From an uncultured archaeon (lineage in GTDB: Archaea > Thermoproteota > Bathyarchaeia > Bathyarchaeales > Bathycorpusculaceae): a DNA stretch of 64,000 nt. The stretch is taken from the NCBI GenBank assembly GCA_963782915.1, contig CAWALK010000001.1:96001-160000 (forward strand), in the 5' to 3' direction. Shown here piece after piece: positions 1 to 9,343 of this stretch. The notes under the pieces are model-generated. The model searched no databases and had not been told where the DNA came from. It was given only the letters and a program-made list of their open reading frames with translations. The position numbers were made by a program, and so were the translations under genes. The first letter of the stretch is position 1. Each line of letters opens with the position of its first letter.

Positions 1-546
1 TATATTCGGAGCGCTCGGAGGTAGCTTGCTTTCGGGAATAAGGAACCTTAGTTTTATGCCCTTTGATACTTGTTGATCCATAACTGGACCCATAAGTTCA
101 GGAACCACACCCTCCGCCAAACCCCAGCCGAACTGCTGCATCTCAATGAAAAGTCTTTGAGCTCTATTCAGGCTCTCCATCGTATCAGCGATAAAAGTGG
201 CTGCGTCGAGTTCGCCTAAGCGGTTGATGAATTGGTAAGGCAAAGTTAGGGCATCGTGGGTGGAGAAGTATTCACGGTGTTTTAGCAGAAAATTCAGTGG
301 AGACGAAAGCTGCAATACGAGCTTGCCGTAGGGTGTAATGGTGAAGGTGCCTTCAGGCTGCCGCGCAACCAGCGACGCCGCACTCAACCGCTCAAGTTGC
401 CTAAACGCCTCCGTTGCCGTCACATCTAGCCGCCGTGCAATCTCCTGCATCTTAAGCGACTCCCTCTGCAACTCGTTTAGTATTGATAGTCTGCTGTCGC
501 TTGCCAACTCAAAAAACAATTTCGCCAACTCAACTTGATTCTCCAC
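1..546 (-). CDS. Winged-helix transcriptional regulator (COG4742/DUF1724-like), truncated by window start
   Basis: Manual translation from GTG at 546: MENQVELAKLFFELASDSRLSILNELQRESLKMQEIARRLDVTATEAFRQLERL...YFSTHDALTLPYQFINRLGEL. ArsR-like wHTH plus the family-typical H-D-x-x-x-L-P...RLGEL segment. Not in the ORF track because it has no stop within the window. Confidence 0.8.
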   Translation of the reverse strand, partial: MENQVELAKLFFELASDSRLSILNELQRESLKMQEIARRLDVTATEAFRQLERLSAASLVARQPEGTFTITPYGKLVLQLSSPLNFLLKHREYFSTHDALTLPYQFINRLGELDAATFIADTMESLNRAQRLFIEMQQFGWGLAEGVVPELMGPVMDQQVSKGIKLRFLIPESKLPPSAPNI

Positions 547-566
547 CACAATCGCCCCTACAGTTT

Positions 567-591
567 AGCATCGATGCTTACTTCTAAGCAT
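567..591. promoter_or_regulatory. Overlapping palindromes, putative operator between divergent genes
   Basis: AGCATCGATGCT (567-578, perfect palindrome) and ATGCTTA-cttc-TAAGCAT (574-591), directly upstream of the wHTH regulator. Confidence 0.5.
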
Positions 592-642
592 TCAACTCAA
601 ATAAAACTAATCACAAAAAACACCCTCAACAATGTTGAGGCA

Positions 643-921
643 ATGAAAATGGAAACAAACATCAAAGAACGGGTCTTCTCCGTCGAGCTCAAATCTAAAC
701 GGAATCTCAAAAACCTCACATTAACCAACGGCGGCAGCGACACCGTGCTCCTTGAAGGATCAATCGGCGAACTAGTTCAAGCAACATTTACAGAAGGCAT
801 AATTCTAGAAGTCATCGGCAAAAACGGCGTGCTTCGAGTCGACCTCAGAGAAGACGAAATCAAAAAGATACCCCAACAAACCGACCTATCTGCTCAGAAT
901 GGAGGTGGTAACATTGAGTAA
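643..921 (+). CDS. Hypothetical protein
   Basis: ORF 535..921. ATG at 643 follows GAGG. Protein-like composition (FSVELKSK...LEVIGKNGVLRVDL). Confidence 0.7.
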   Translation: MKMETNIKERVFSVELKSKRNLKNLTLTNGGSDTVLLEGSIGELVQATFTEGIILEVIGKNGVLRVDLREDEIKKIPQQTDLSAQNGGGNIE

Positions 922-1462
922 AGCATTAATCGCATATGGAACCCGTTACGGCGCGGCTGCAAGTACCTCTGAAGAAATCGCAAAAGTGCTTAGCCAACAA
1001 GGCATCGACACTAAAGTAGTCGACCTCAAGCAAGAAAAAATCAAAGACATAACCGCCTATGACCTCGTCATAGTTGGCAGCGGCATCCAAATCAACCGCT
1101 GGACAAGCGAACCAGAAGACTTCCTTAAAAAACACCAAAAAGCACTCGCCACCAAAAAACTGGCATTGTTTGTATGCTGTGGTTCAGCATCCCCAGACAA
1201 ACCAGAGGGATTAGCCGAGGCTAAACAGAAATACCTCACAGAAAAAGCAGCCAAATACAACCTCCAACCAATCGCATTAGGCTTATTCGGCGGAGTCTAC
1301 AACTACAACAAGACGCCTTGGTGGGCAAAAAAAGCCATGGACGCCGACCGCCCAAGAGTCGAATCCACCTACAAAGCAGTGGAGCCAGGGGTTTATGATA
1401 CCCGAGATTGGGTTGCCATCAAAAACTGGGCAACAGAGTTGGTGAAAACTGTTAGGTGCTAG
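914..1462 (+). CDS. Flavodoxin-domain protein (HemG/Flavodoxin_5-like)
   Basis: LIAYGTRYGAA FMN-phosphate loop, YDLVIVGSGI, C-terminal DTRDW. GGAGGT precedes TTG at 914. Confidence 0.85.
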   Translation: MSKALIAYGTRYGAAASTSEEIAKVLSQQGIDTKVVDLKQEKIKDITAYDLVIVGSGIQINRWTSEPEDFLKKHQKALATKKLALFVCCGSASPDKPEGLAEAKQKYLTEKAAKYNLQPIALGLFGGVYNYNKTPWWAKKAMDADRPRVESTYKAVEPGVYDTRDWVAIKNWATELVKTVRC

Positions 1463-1793
1463 CTACGAGTTCTTGGAGCTGCGCCTTGGTTAAATCCGAC
1501 CCGGGTGCGACATCCAACCTTTTCTCAACTTTACCGTTTTTAAAGCATAGAACCGTTGGGTAATACTCGATCGCGTACTTTTCACAGAGGTCCTCTTTGA
1601 AATCAATCATTATTGATAGGCTTTCGTCGGGATGGGATTTGGCGTATTCTTTGAAAATTGGCAGGAACCGCCTCGAATGTGGACACCATGAAGCATAGAA
1701 GAGAGCGTACACTTTGGGTTTAGACTCTAAAACCTCTTCAACATCTTGTTCTTGCTCTGGCGTTTCAGCTGTTGTTTTCTTCATTCTATTCAC
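1452..1793 (-). CDS. Thioredoxin-family protein, CxxS active site
   Basis: FYASWCPHS and cis-Pro YYPT loop. Confidence 0.85.
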   Translation of the reverse strand: MNRMKKTTAETPEQEQDVEEVLESKPKVYALFYASWCPHSRRFLPIFKEYAKSHPDESLSIMIDFKEDLCEKYAIEYYPTVLCFKNGKVEKRLDVAPGSDLTKAQLQELVAST

Positions 1794-2497
1794 CTCTCTT
1801 CCTGATCCTCTTCAGGGTAATGGCTGCTATCACAAAACGGCTTAATCGTGGATTTACCGCAACGGCACAATGTCACTCGGTTGCGTATTTCGTAGGGTTT
1901 TCCGTCTGCGGAGTAAACTGGGATTCCACCGCGTATCCAAAGAGGACCATTAATACCCATTGAGGGGTCCTCAACTACCCCAATCGCTTGATCCAGCGTA
2001 GGCTCAATTACCTTATCTGTCGCTTTATCTATGACTACAAGTCGCCCAGAAGGACAATCACACGCGTTTCGCACGCAATTCTCTTTGAGTTTGGGGTCGT
2101 CTGATTGCGGGATTTGGTCCCAGATATCGCCGCCTCGGTGGCAGAACCGTGCAGAAGCACACAGAATCTCTGCGTCTTTGAGTGTTAGTTGGGGTCCATC
2201 GATTTGTTTTGCCAATTGCTCATAGGAGACATTATCCATGTTTTCTGTGCCGTCAAAGTTAACTTTGAAATGGGTTCCGTCGCAGAAGGGTTTGTTGCTG
2301 GATTGTCCACATCGGCAAAGAAGATACTTTTCTTGTGTTTTAAATTTGCCCGCTATTAGCCATTCGGAGGGGATGTTTGTTTTTTGGTCGCATTTGATGA
2401 TCATGCGGTAGAGCGGTATGTTGCCTGAGGCCAGGTAGGGTCCGTTTTTAGTTACCTGTATATTGGCGTCTGGTTTTGCCTGATTTTGGTTATCCAC
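1790..2497 (-). CDS. CDGSH iron-sulfur protein (two CDGSH motifs plus central divergent Fe-S domain)
   Basis: LCRCGQSSNKPFCDGTH, CASARFC...CPSGRL, LCRCGKSTIKPFCDSSH. Confidence 0.9.
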   Translation of the reverse strand: MDNQNQAKPDANIQVTKNGPYLASGNIPLYRMIIKCDQKTNIPSEWLIAGKFKTQEKYLLCRCGQSSNKPFCDGTHFKVNFDGTENMDNVSYEQLAKQIDGPQLTLKDAEILCASARFCHRGGDIWDQIPQSDDPKLKENCVRNACDCPSGRLVVIDKATDKVIEPTLDQAIGVVEDPSMGINGPLWIRGGIPVYSADGKPYEIRNRVTLCRCGKSTIKPFCDSSHYPEEDQEER

Positions 2498-2655
2498 AAC
2501 AAAGTCTCCTATAGTAACTGTGTGATTCTGTACAATTGAGCTTTTCTGTTATCTCTTTTTATTGTTTGTGACTGTGGGGCAGCTATCACAGAGGGTTATA
2601 GCTTCCAAACGCTAATTAAACCCATAAAAACAAGAATGTGTGGAAGTGGCTATGG

Positions 2656-2895
2656 GTGGAAGAAACCAAGAAATTCACAGTGAGCGAATTGTCAAAGTTC
2701 GATGGGAAGAATGGGAACCCTGCGTACGTGGGGTACAAAGGCAAAGTCTACGATGTAACCGAGTCATCCCAATGGAGTGAAGGCGACCACCTCGGACACG
2801 AAGCAGGCAAGGACCTGACCGAGCAGATGGAGATTGCACCCCACGCCGATGAAGTCATGGAACGTTTTAAGACAGTCGGTATCCTGACTCCTTGA
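2656..2895 (+). CDS. Cytochrome b5-like heme/steroid-binding protein
   Basis: ELSKFDGKNGNPAYVGYKGKVYDVT...HEAGKDLT...APH. Start probably GTG at 2656 (ORF 2638..2895). Confidence 0.9.
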   Translation: MEETKKFTVSELSKFDGKNGNPAYVGYKGKVYDVTESSQWSEGDHLGHEAGKDLTEQMEIAPHADEVMERFKTVGILTP

Positions 2896-2958
2896 GCGGT
2901 AGCTTGTTTGGTAAAGCTCAAATAGGTCACAGTTTATTTGTTTGTTGAGGCTGTTTTT

Positions 2959-3702
2959 ATGGTTGATTTAAAAGGTAAAGTTGCACTTGTCACGGGTGCT
3001 GGACGCGGTATAGGCAAAGAAATTGCGCTGAATCTTGCACGGGCAGGCGCAGATGTTGTTGTTACTGATGTGGCTGATACGGTTTTTGAAACTGCCAAAG
3101 AAATAGAAGCCCTCAAAGTAGTGGCTTTAGCATTAAAATGCGATGTTTCCAATCTTGAAGAAGTTCAGAATACCCAAAAACAAGCCATAGAGAAATTCAA
3201 GAAAATAGACATACTAATCAACAACGCAGGCATCTATCCACAGAAGCCATTTCTCGAAATGACCGCTGCTGACTGGTGCATGGTAATGCGTGTCAACCTC
3301 TTTGGCACCTTCTACTTCACAAAGACCTTCGTGTCTGGCATGGTGGAGCGGAAATATGGCAAAATCGTCAATTTATCATCCATTTCAGGGCCAGTAGTTG
3401 CGTTCCCCAATCTTGTGCATTATTCTTCAACTAAAGCAGCGATAGCTGGCTTTACCAAAGCATTAGCCCTCGAGATGGCTCCGTATGGCATTAACATTAA
3501 CGCTGTTGCACCTGGCCCCGTAGATGTTAGCGGAATACAGACTGATGAGGCGATGCTTGCGCAGGTTTTGAGGGCAATTCCGTTGAAACGTATGGGTAAA
3601 CCAGCAGACGTCGCCAACCTCGTGGCTTTTCTTGTCAGCGACGAAGCCAGCTTCATCACGGGACAAACCATAGTTACCGATGGCGGATACACACTACAAT
3701 AA
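2959..3702 (+). CDS. SDR oxidoreductase (FabG-like)
   Basis: TGAGRGIG, NNAG, YxxxK (YSSTK), ITGQTIVTDGG. Confidence 0.9.
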   Translation: MVDLKGKVALVTGAGRGIGKEIALNLARAGADVVVTDVADTVFETAKEIEALKVVALALKCDVSNLEEVQNTQKQAIEKFKKIDILINNAGIYPQKPFLEMTAADWCMVMRVNLFGTFYFTKTFVSGMVERKYGKIVNLSSISGPVVAFPNLVHYSSTKAAIAGFTKALALEMAPYGININAVAPGPVDVSGIQTDEAMLAQVLRAIPLKRMGKPADVANLVAFLVSDEASFITGQTIVTDGGYTLQ

Positions 3703-3791
3703 AGTGAGTGTGTAAAAGTGGCTAGCGCGGCACAGCCACATAAGTTAATATGCAAAGGGTAACTCGCCATTAATCAAAGGAGACTCTATTT

Positions 3792-4355
3792 TTGTCAGAA
3801 GAAGAAAAGAAGAAAATTAATTATTACTATGGCGGCAAAGAGAAATCCGCTAAAGAAGTCAAAAAAGGCAGCCAAGACGAGATTGCGCCCTACACGGCAT
3901 TGGATGTGCAGCAGGATTTTAACAGGTTGATGAATAGGTTTCAGCGTGACTTTGAATATTTCTGGGATACTTCCTGGCGGATAGGTCGGGATATGTCACA
4001 TAAAGCCCGCTCGGTTACACCGTTTACTGGGGCAACGTTGCCATCGGTGGATATTGAGGATCAGGGAAAGAATTACCGTTTAATGGTTGATTTGCCTGGT
4101 TTCAAAAAAGAGGATGTGCAAGTGGAACTTGAAGACGATTCAGTGACAATTAACGCTAAACGTTCGCAGGTAGACGAGGAAAAAGGTAAAAACTATATTC
4201 GCCATGAACGTTCAGCCCAGACTTATTATCGCCAAATCAATCTGCCCGAAGCCATACGCTCGGATCAAGCTAATGCGAAGCTGAATAATGGTATACTTGA
4301 AATTACCCTGCCCAAGAAGGAGCCTAAAGAAACTAAGAAATTAGCCATAACCTAA
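3792..4355 (+). CDS. Hsp20/alpha-crystallin small heat shock protein
   Basis: DLPGFKKEDVQV, AKLNNGILEITLPK, C-terminal LAI motif. Confidence 0.92.
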   Translation: MSEEEKKKINYYYGGKEKSAKEVKKGSQDEIAPYTALDVQQDFNRLMNRFQRDFEYFWDTSWRIGRDMSHKARSVTPFTGATLPSVDIEDQGKNYRLMVDLPGFKKEDVQVELEDDSVTINAKRSQVDEEKGKNYIRHERSAQTYYRQINLPEAIRSDQANAKLNNGILEITLPKKEPKETKKLAIT

Positions 4356-4586
4356 ACTCAGCAAAATCCTTTTTCATCCAACCCCAATAAGTTAATTTCT
4401 TAAAAAAAATAGCACGGTCGCTAAGAGCAACAGCGCCCATTCCCTATGCTTTGCCCATCTCTACAGACTAGACGGCGGCAAACGCACACAAAAAACATAC
4501 ACCCTCCAACAAACGCCCATACACAAAGGCGACACGTCAACGAATGCAAATTACTGTAACATCGATGACCCTGCAGACGTGGAGCC

Positions 4587-4628
4587 TATAAATAAGGGAG
4601 GGGGGTCTCTGTGAGAGCAACAAAAGCT
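4587..4628 (+). repeat. Dispersed intergenic repeat family A, copy 1
   Basis: TATAAATAAGGGAGGGGGGTCTCTG...AGAGCAACA..AGCT. Near-identical reverse copy at 19204-19243; related copies at 41773-41817 and 34521-34550. Confidence 0.8.
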
Positions 4629-4687
4629 ACCTCTTTATCTGTTTTAAAAGAAAGAAAGGGTGACAGCATGGAGATGTCTGTTGCAGG

Positions 4688-5515
4688 TTATGCTGGTTTA
4701 GAGAGGATTTCTTCTCTGCGGAAAATCTTTACGCCAACATAGAATACGGCGACATCAACGATTGCAAGCACGCCAATGAGTGCAGCCAGCACTAAAGGTC
4801 CAAGAACCAGAACGCCTGAGATTTGCGCAAACACTAAGCCTATCACTGGAAGCAGCAGTACGACGCTGATTTGTTGTGCCTCTTTGAAGCCTTTGACTTT
4901 AGCGGATATGATAACGGTTAAGCCTATGCTGCATAATGCGATGGTTGGGGCAACGCCGAAGATCATGATGAGGAAATTCACGTTTGGCAACAGCAGCATC
5001 CCATTGAACATTCCAAAGGTTAGTGCGTCTACTATCGTTGCGTAGACCCCGAATGAAACGAAGGTTACCAGCATGGCGGGGATGAAGCTGACTAAGATTT
5101 TGCCCAGCAACAATTCGCTGTCCGAGATGGGCGTAGCTAATAGCGCTTCGATGGTTTTGCGTTCTCTCTCGCCTGCAAAACTATCTGAACCCATAACGCT
5201 CGACGCCATTATGGGGATTATGAGGAAGAAGGGTGCAAAGAAGTATAGTACCATGATGTAGATCAGGACTTGGTTTGGGCTAAACTGTGCAATTTGCGCT
5301 TGGATATCTGCTGGCAGGTTGGGTATTAGCGATTGGAAATCGGATGTTGACATGTTTGTTGTGGGTGTAGGTGTGCTTGAGATTCCCAGAACTATTACCG
5401 GCAAAACTACTGAGAATATGATTGGTAAGATGATTATTGGCAGGAGTACTTGCCAGTTGCGTTTGATTTCTAACCAGTCTTTTTTGAAGACTAACCAGGC
5501 TTTGTGGATGTTCAT
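4688..5515 (-). CDS. ABC-2 type transporter permease
   Basis: Multiple TM segments; SFAGERERKTIEALLATPISDSELLLGK. Confidence 0.9.
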   Translation of the reverse strand: MNIHKAWLVFKKDWLEIKRNWQVLLPIIILPIIFSVVLPVIVLGISSTPTPTTNMSTSDFQSLIPNLPADIQAQIAQFSPNQVLIYIMVLYFFAPFFLIIPIMASSVMGSDSFAGERERKTIEALLATPISDSELLLGKILVSFIPAMLVTFVSFGVYATIVDALTFGMFNGMLLLPNVNFLIMIFGVAPTIALCSIGLTVIISAKVKGFKEAQQISVVLLLPVIGLVFAQISGVLVLGPLVLAALIGVLAIVDVAVFYVGVKIFRREEILSKPA

Positions 5516-6447
5516 TGTGTTTGGTCTCCTTTGATGAGTTTTAGGTATGCTTCTTCCAGTGATGGACGAAGTACGTTGACTGAGAGGATTTGGCCTTCTG
5601 CTTCTACGATGGAGCGCACAATCTCCGGAGTTGCCACACGACTATCATTGACGCTTACCTGCAGCGTGGTTTCCTGCTGCGTTACCTCTTTAGCCGCAGT
5701 ATTTGCTTTGACGGCAGCCAAAACTTTGGGCGTGACCCTTGTTAAGCCAACTTCGATGACTGGTTCACCGCTTATTTTTTGCCGCAATTCATCAGGTGAG
5801 CCAATTAGCAAAACTTTGCCTTTGTTCATAATCAACACTCTTTTGCATAGCTTCTCGGCATCTTCCAAATGATGCGTACTCAGCAGTATAGTGCATTTCT
5901 CACGCTGGCTCAACTCAGCCATTAAATCACGGATTTCCTTCGCAGACTCAGGGTCCAAACCTGCAGTGGGCTCATCCAGAAACATTACAGGCGGCCTATG
6001 TACAGTTGCGCGAACGATGGCTAGTTTCTGTTTCATACCCTTGCTAAACCCTGCGACTTTATCGTTTCTGCGATCCCAGAGGTGGAAAAACTCCAGCAAC
6101 TCCTGAATCCGCTTTTGTCTCTCTGCGGTGTCTGTGATTCCGTATGCTTGTGCGAAGAAGTCCATGTTTTCATAGGCTGTTAGCCGTTCGTAGAGGCTGG
6201 GGTTTTCGGTGAGTATTCCTACTGATTGGCGTACTTTGAGGGGTTCTTTGTGGATGTCGTATCCGGCGACGGTGGCTGTGCCTTTTGTGGGTGAGATGAG
6301 GCATGCGAGCATGCGGATGGTGGTGGTTTTGCCTGCTCCGTTTGGGCCTAGGAAACCGAAGACTTCGCCTTTTTCTATGTTTAGTGTGAGGTTGTTTACT
6401 GCGGTTAGGTTGCTGAATGTTCGCGTTAAGTTGTTGGTTTCAATCAT
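5512..6447 (-). CDS. ABC transporter ATP-binding protein
   Basis: GPNGAGKTT, FSKGMKQK, FLDEPTAGLD. Confidence 0.95.
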   Translation of the reverse strand: MIETNNLTRTFSNLTAVNNLTLNIEKGEVFGFLGPNGAGKTTTIRMLACLISPTKGTATVAGYDIHKEPLKVRQSVGILTENPSLYERLTAYENMDFFAQAYGITDTAERQKRIQELLEFFHLWDRRNDKVAGFSKGMKQKLAIVRATVHRPPVMFLDEPTAGLDPESAKEIRDLMAELSQREKCTILLSTHHLEDAEKLCKRVLIMNKGKVLLIGSPDELRQKISGEPVIEVGLTRVTPKVLAAVKANTAAKEVTQQETTLQVSVNDSRVATPEIVRSIVEAEGQILSVNVLRPSLEEAYLKLIKGDQTQ

Positions 6448-6496
6448 TGCTGTGCCGTCCTGTTTGTGTTGTTTGTTGTTGATATTGAGGAGTAAG

Positions 6497-6532
6497 TATT
6501 TAAGTTAGATGAAACCGTTTTCATGTTATGAA
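6497..6532 (+). promoter_or_regulatory. TATA box with palindromic operator(s) for a leaderless regulator gene
   Basis: TATTTAAG at 6497-6504; ATGAAA-ccgt-TTTCAT (6509-6524); TTCAT-gtt-ATGAA (6520-6532) overlapping the start codon. Confidence 0.55.
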
Positions 6533-7043
6533 ACTGATGAAAGTGCTTGACCAAGAAGGCACAAACCTAACCTCCGACCCCACAAACATAACAATTCTAC
6601 GCGAACTAGTAACAGCCGAACAAGCAGTATCCGACATAGCAAAAAAACTAGACCTCCCCACCTTAAATGTCTGGCGCAGAATGCAAAAACTCGAAAAAGC
6701 CAAACTAATCGAATTAACAGGAACCCAAAAAGTAGGGAACCTCGAAAAGAAACTCTACCGCTCAACTGCAACCGTCTTCACCCCCCAACAGTACTTCAAT
6801 TTCACACCAAAAGATGCCAGCCTAACAGAAGCCTTTGAAATCTACAAGAGCATCCAACATAAGATGCTATCAAAAGCTGCAGCTTTCGGCGACATTCCTA
6901 AAGACGCTGACCCAATCGACTACTCATTCTTCGTCAACATGCTAGTATTCGCTGATGTATGCGGAAAACCAGAGGTCCACGCCAAAATAGTCGAGTTAAG
7001 AGAAAAACTCGCCAAATTTAAAACAGAATCCGCAGATGTGTAA
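6528..7043 (+). CDS. Winged-helix (ArsR-like) transcriptional regulator
   Basis: DPTNITILREL...VSDIAKKLDLPTLNVWRRMQKLEKAKLI...EKKLYR. Divergent from the ABC operon. Confidence 0.8.
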   Translation: MKLMKVLDQEGTNLTSDPTNITILRELVTAEQAVSDIAKKLDLPTLNVWRRMQKLEKAKLIELTGTQKVGNLEKKLYRSTATVFTPQQYFNFTPKDASLTEAFEIYKSIQHKMLSKAAAFGDIPKDADPIDYSFFVNMLVFADVCGKPEVHAKIVELREKLAKFKTESADV

Positions 7044-7075
7044 GCTTTTTTAGAGGCACCACTGCAATCATCTCT

Positions 7076-8332
7076 ATGTCAGCTAATCTGGTTTGGCACA
7101 GAAAAACACTCCCAAATGGCTTAACCGTCCTATTGTATCCGCGGCAATCAGCCAATACTGCCCAGTTGTCGGTGGGCGTTAAGTATGGGTCAAATCAGGA
7201 GCCCAAAGAGCAAGCCGGAATCGCCCATTTCCTAGAGCATATGCTAGCAGGAGGCTCAGACGAACGTATCAAGCTGTCACGAAGTATAGAAGACCACGGC
7301 GGCGTCTTGGATTTCTACACAGATCGTGAACAAGTTTTAGCTACCATGGATGTTTTGCCCGAAAAGCTTTCGGAAGCATCAGCGATTCTGTTCCAACTCT
7401 TTTTCGGCGAAAGTTTTTCTGTTGACAAATTTGAGATTGAACGAAAAATAATCTTAAATGAACTTGCTGAAGTTGCAGATGACCCCGCCGTGAAGGTCGA
7501 AGAAATCCTTCTAGAGAACCTTTTCAAAACCCATCCGATTAGGCGTCCCGTGGGTGGATACCCTAAAACAGTGAAGAAGATAACTTTTGACCAACTATTA
7601 CAGGTGCATAAAGCAAACTATGTTCCCCAAAACATGGTATTGGTACTATCTGGTGACGTCTCTGAAGAGGACCTTGATAAAACCCTTGATGGATTCAAAG
7701 ACAAAACTGCATTGTGTGGCCCCACAAAGAACACGCCGCCAGTTGAGGTTGGCAAACCCCAGTCCTTTGTTGTTGAAGAAAAAGCTGGAATGACCCAAAC
7801 CTACCTTAGTATGGGTGCACGAACCGTCTGCTCCACCCACAAAGACTCTCCCGCACTGGATTTACTTGGAACTCTGCTGGGCGGAGGCACAAGCTCTAGG
7901 CTTTTCATCGAATTGCGCGAGAAACATGCAGTTACCTACGATGTCGGTTCATCCCACTGTAAAGGGACCGATTTTGGCTACTTCAGCATCGACTGCGCAG
8001 TCAATAACAGCAAAGTCGACAAGGCGAGAGCATTAATTATGAAGGAATTGGCGAATCTGCGCTCGGAGACTATTTCGGGGGATGAGTTGGAGCGGGCTAA
8101 GCAGATTATGCTCGGCGGCGTCTTGAGGGGAATGGATAATCCGCATGACACCTACGAAATAATCACTTATATGGAGATGCAGTTTAGCAGTGAATTGGGC
8201 CTCAAAGATTATGTTTCTAAAATTAAGGCAGTCACTGCTGGTGACATTCGAGAAGCTGCGATTAAACACTTAAACGAAGATAGCCTCTGCACGGCTGTTA
8301 TTAACCCGATAAAGAACAAAAAAGTACCATGA
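7076..8332 (+). CDS. M16 family (pitrilysin/insulinase) zinc peptidase
   Basis: TLPNGL, inverted zincin GIAHFLEHML, LGGGTSSRLFIELREK. Confidence 0.92.
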   Translation: MSANLVWHRKTLPNGLTVLLYPRQSANTAQLSVGVKYGSNQEPKEQAGIAHFLEHMLAGGSDERIKLSRSIEDHGGVLDFYTDREQVLATMDVLPEKLSEASAILFQLFFGESFSVDKFEIERKIILNELAEVADDPAVKVEEILLENLFKTHPIRRPVGGYPKTVKKITFDQLLQVHKANYVPQNMVLVLSGDVSEEDLDKTLDGFKDKTALCGPTKNTPPVEVGKPQSFVVEEKAGMTQTYLSMGARTVCSTHKDSPALDLLGTLLGGGTSSRLFIELREKHAVTYDVGSSHCKGTDFGYFSIDCAVNNSKVDKARALIMKELANLRSETISGDELERAKQIMLGGVLRGMDNPHDTYEIITYMEMQFSSELGLKDYVSKIKAVTAGDIREAAIKHLNEDSLCTAVINPIKNKKVP

Positions 8333-8389
8333 ATGAAAAAACTATAAAGCCTCATTTCTTCATAGAGGTATTTAGGCAGGGATTGCTTT

Positions 8390-8743
8390 TTGTGGGAGCA
8401 CCGTCATGACCCGCTTCTGTCAAGACGCCTATTCATACGGCGCCTAGCAAAGTATGCCTTGATTTCTCTTGGCATAGTTTTAGCATCACTAATCATCGGC
8501 ATGTTAGGCTACATTGCGTTCGAGGGTTACTCGTGGGTTGACTCCTTCCTCAACGCATCCATGCTTATGGGTGGAATGGGTCCAGTTGGGGAATTGCACA
8601 CATCCGCTGGAAAAGTGTTTGCTGGATTCTACGCCCTCTACTGTGGACTTGTAGAGTTGGTGGCTGTTGGGATTTTTGCTGCACCGATTGTACACCGATT
8701 TTTGCATCATTTCCATTTAGAGGGCCAACAGAAACAAAAATAA
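8390..8743 (+). CDS. Small two-TM membrane protein with K+-channel pore-like segment
   Basis: TM - EGYSWVDSFLNASMLMGGMGP - SAGKVFAGFYAL TM. Pore-helix-like, but no TVGYG filter. Confidence 0.7.
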   Translation: MWEHRHDPLLSRRLFIRRLAKYALISLGIVLASLIIGMLGYIAFEGYSWVDSFLNASMLMGGMGPVGELHTSAGKVFAGFYALYCGLVELVAVGIFAAPIVHRFLHHFHLEGQQKQK

Positions 8744-8774
8744 AATGCGAAAAACTGAGGAATAGGCTGTAGGT

Positions 8775-8900
8775 GCCGTTTGGCAAACTTCCCTCGCCGC
8801 CGTATAAGGATGTCCAAAAATACACCTCTGGGAGCCTAAGCCCCATAGTGCATAACTGGAACGGAGCCTTGTTCGGCTGCAGGTACATCTGCCAAACGAC
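8775..8900 (-). ncRNA. Putative structured RNA/element of about 126 nt
   Basis: Minus-strand ends GTCGTTTGGCAG / TTGCCAAACGGC form a 12-bp helix with G-U pairs. Internal AGCC-gaacaa-GGCT hairpin. No convincing ORF. Confidence 0.35.
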
Positions 8901-9040
8901 TCGTTTTTGCTCGACAAATAACCTACTCAAAGAAAAGAAAATAAGAATATGTGGTAGCCCACAAACAGTCACAGAATGTATAGTCAGGGGTTGAGCAGTA
9001 CATTTTTAGGGGATAACACCCACGTCTTTATGGTGCAAAA

Positions 9041-9325
9041 ATGAGTAATTCCAACCAGAAGTACCTTGCATTTATCAAAATCAGCCCCAACATGGCTGCT
9101 AAACTCTATGAACCCCTCATGGAATTCAGCGAGCAACCCATCAACGGCGTAAAACTTGAAGAAGCCTACCAAGTATTCGGAGAATGGGACTTCGCAGTAT
9201 TATTCCAAGCAGACACTAACGCTGCCGCGCTGCATTTTGTTGGTGACAAAATCCGTTTAGTTGAGGGTGTGCTGGAGACTTTCACTGTTCCACTCACGCC
9301 TGTCAAAGACTACCGCAAACAATAA
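9041..9325 (+). CDS. Stand-alone Lrp/AsnC ligand-binding (RAM) domain protein
   Basis: EEAYQVFGEWDFAV...DKIRLVEGVLETFT. Confidence 0.8.
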   Translation: MSNSNQKYLAFIKISPNMAAKLYEPLMEFSEQPINGVKLEEAYQVFGEWDFAVLFQADTNAAALHFVGDKIRLVEGVLETFTVPLTPVKDYRKQ

Positions 9326-9343
9326 ACAAAAAACGCGCCTGAA

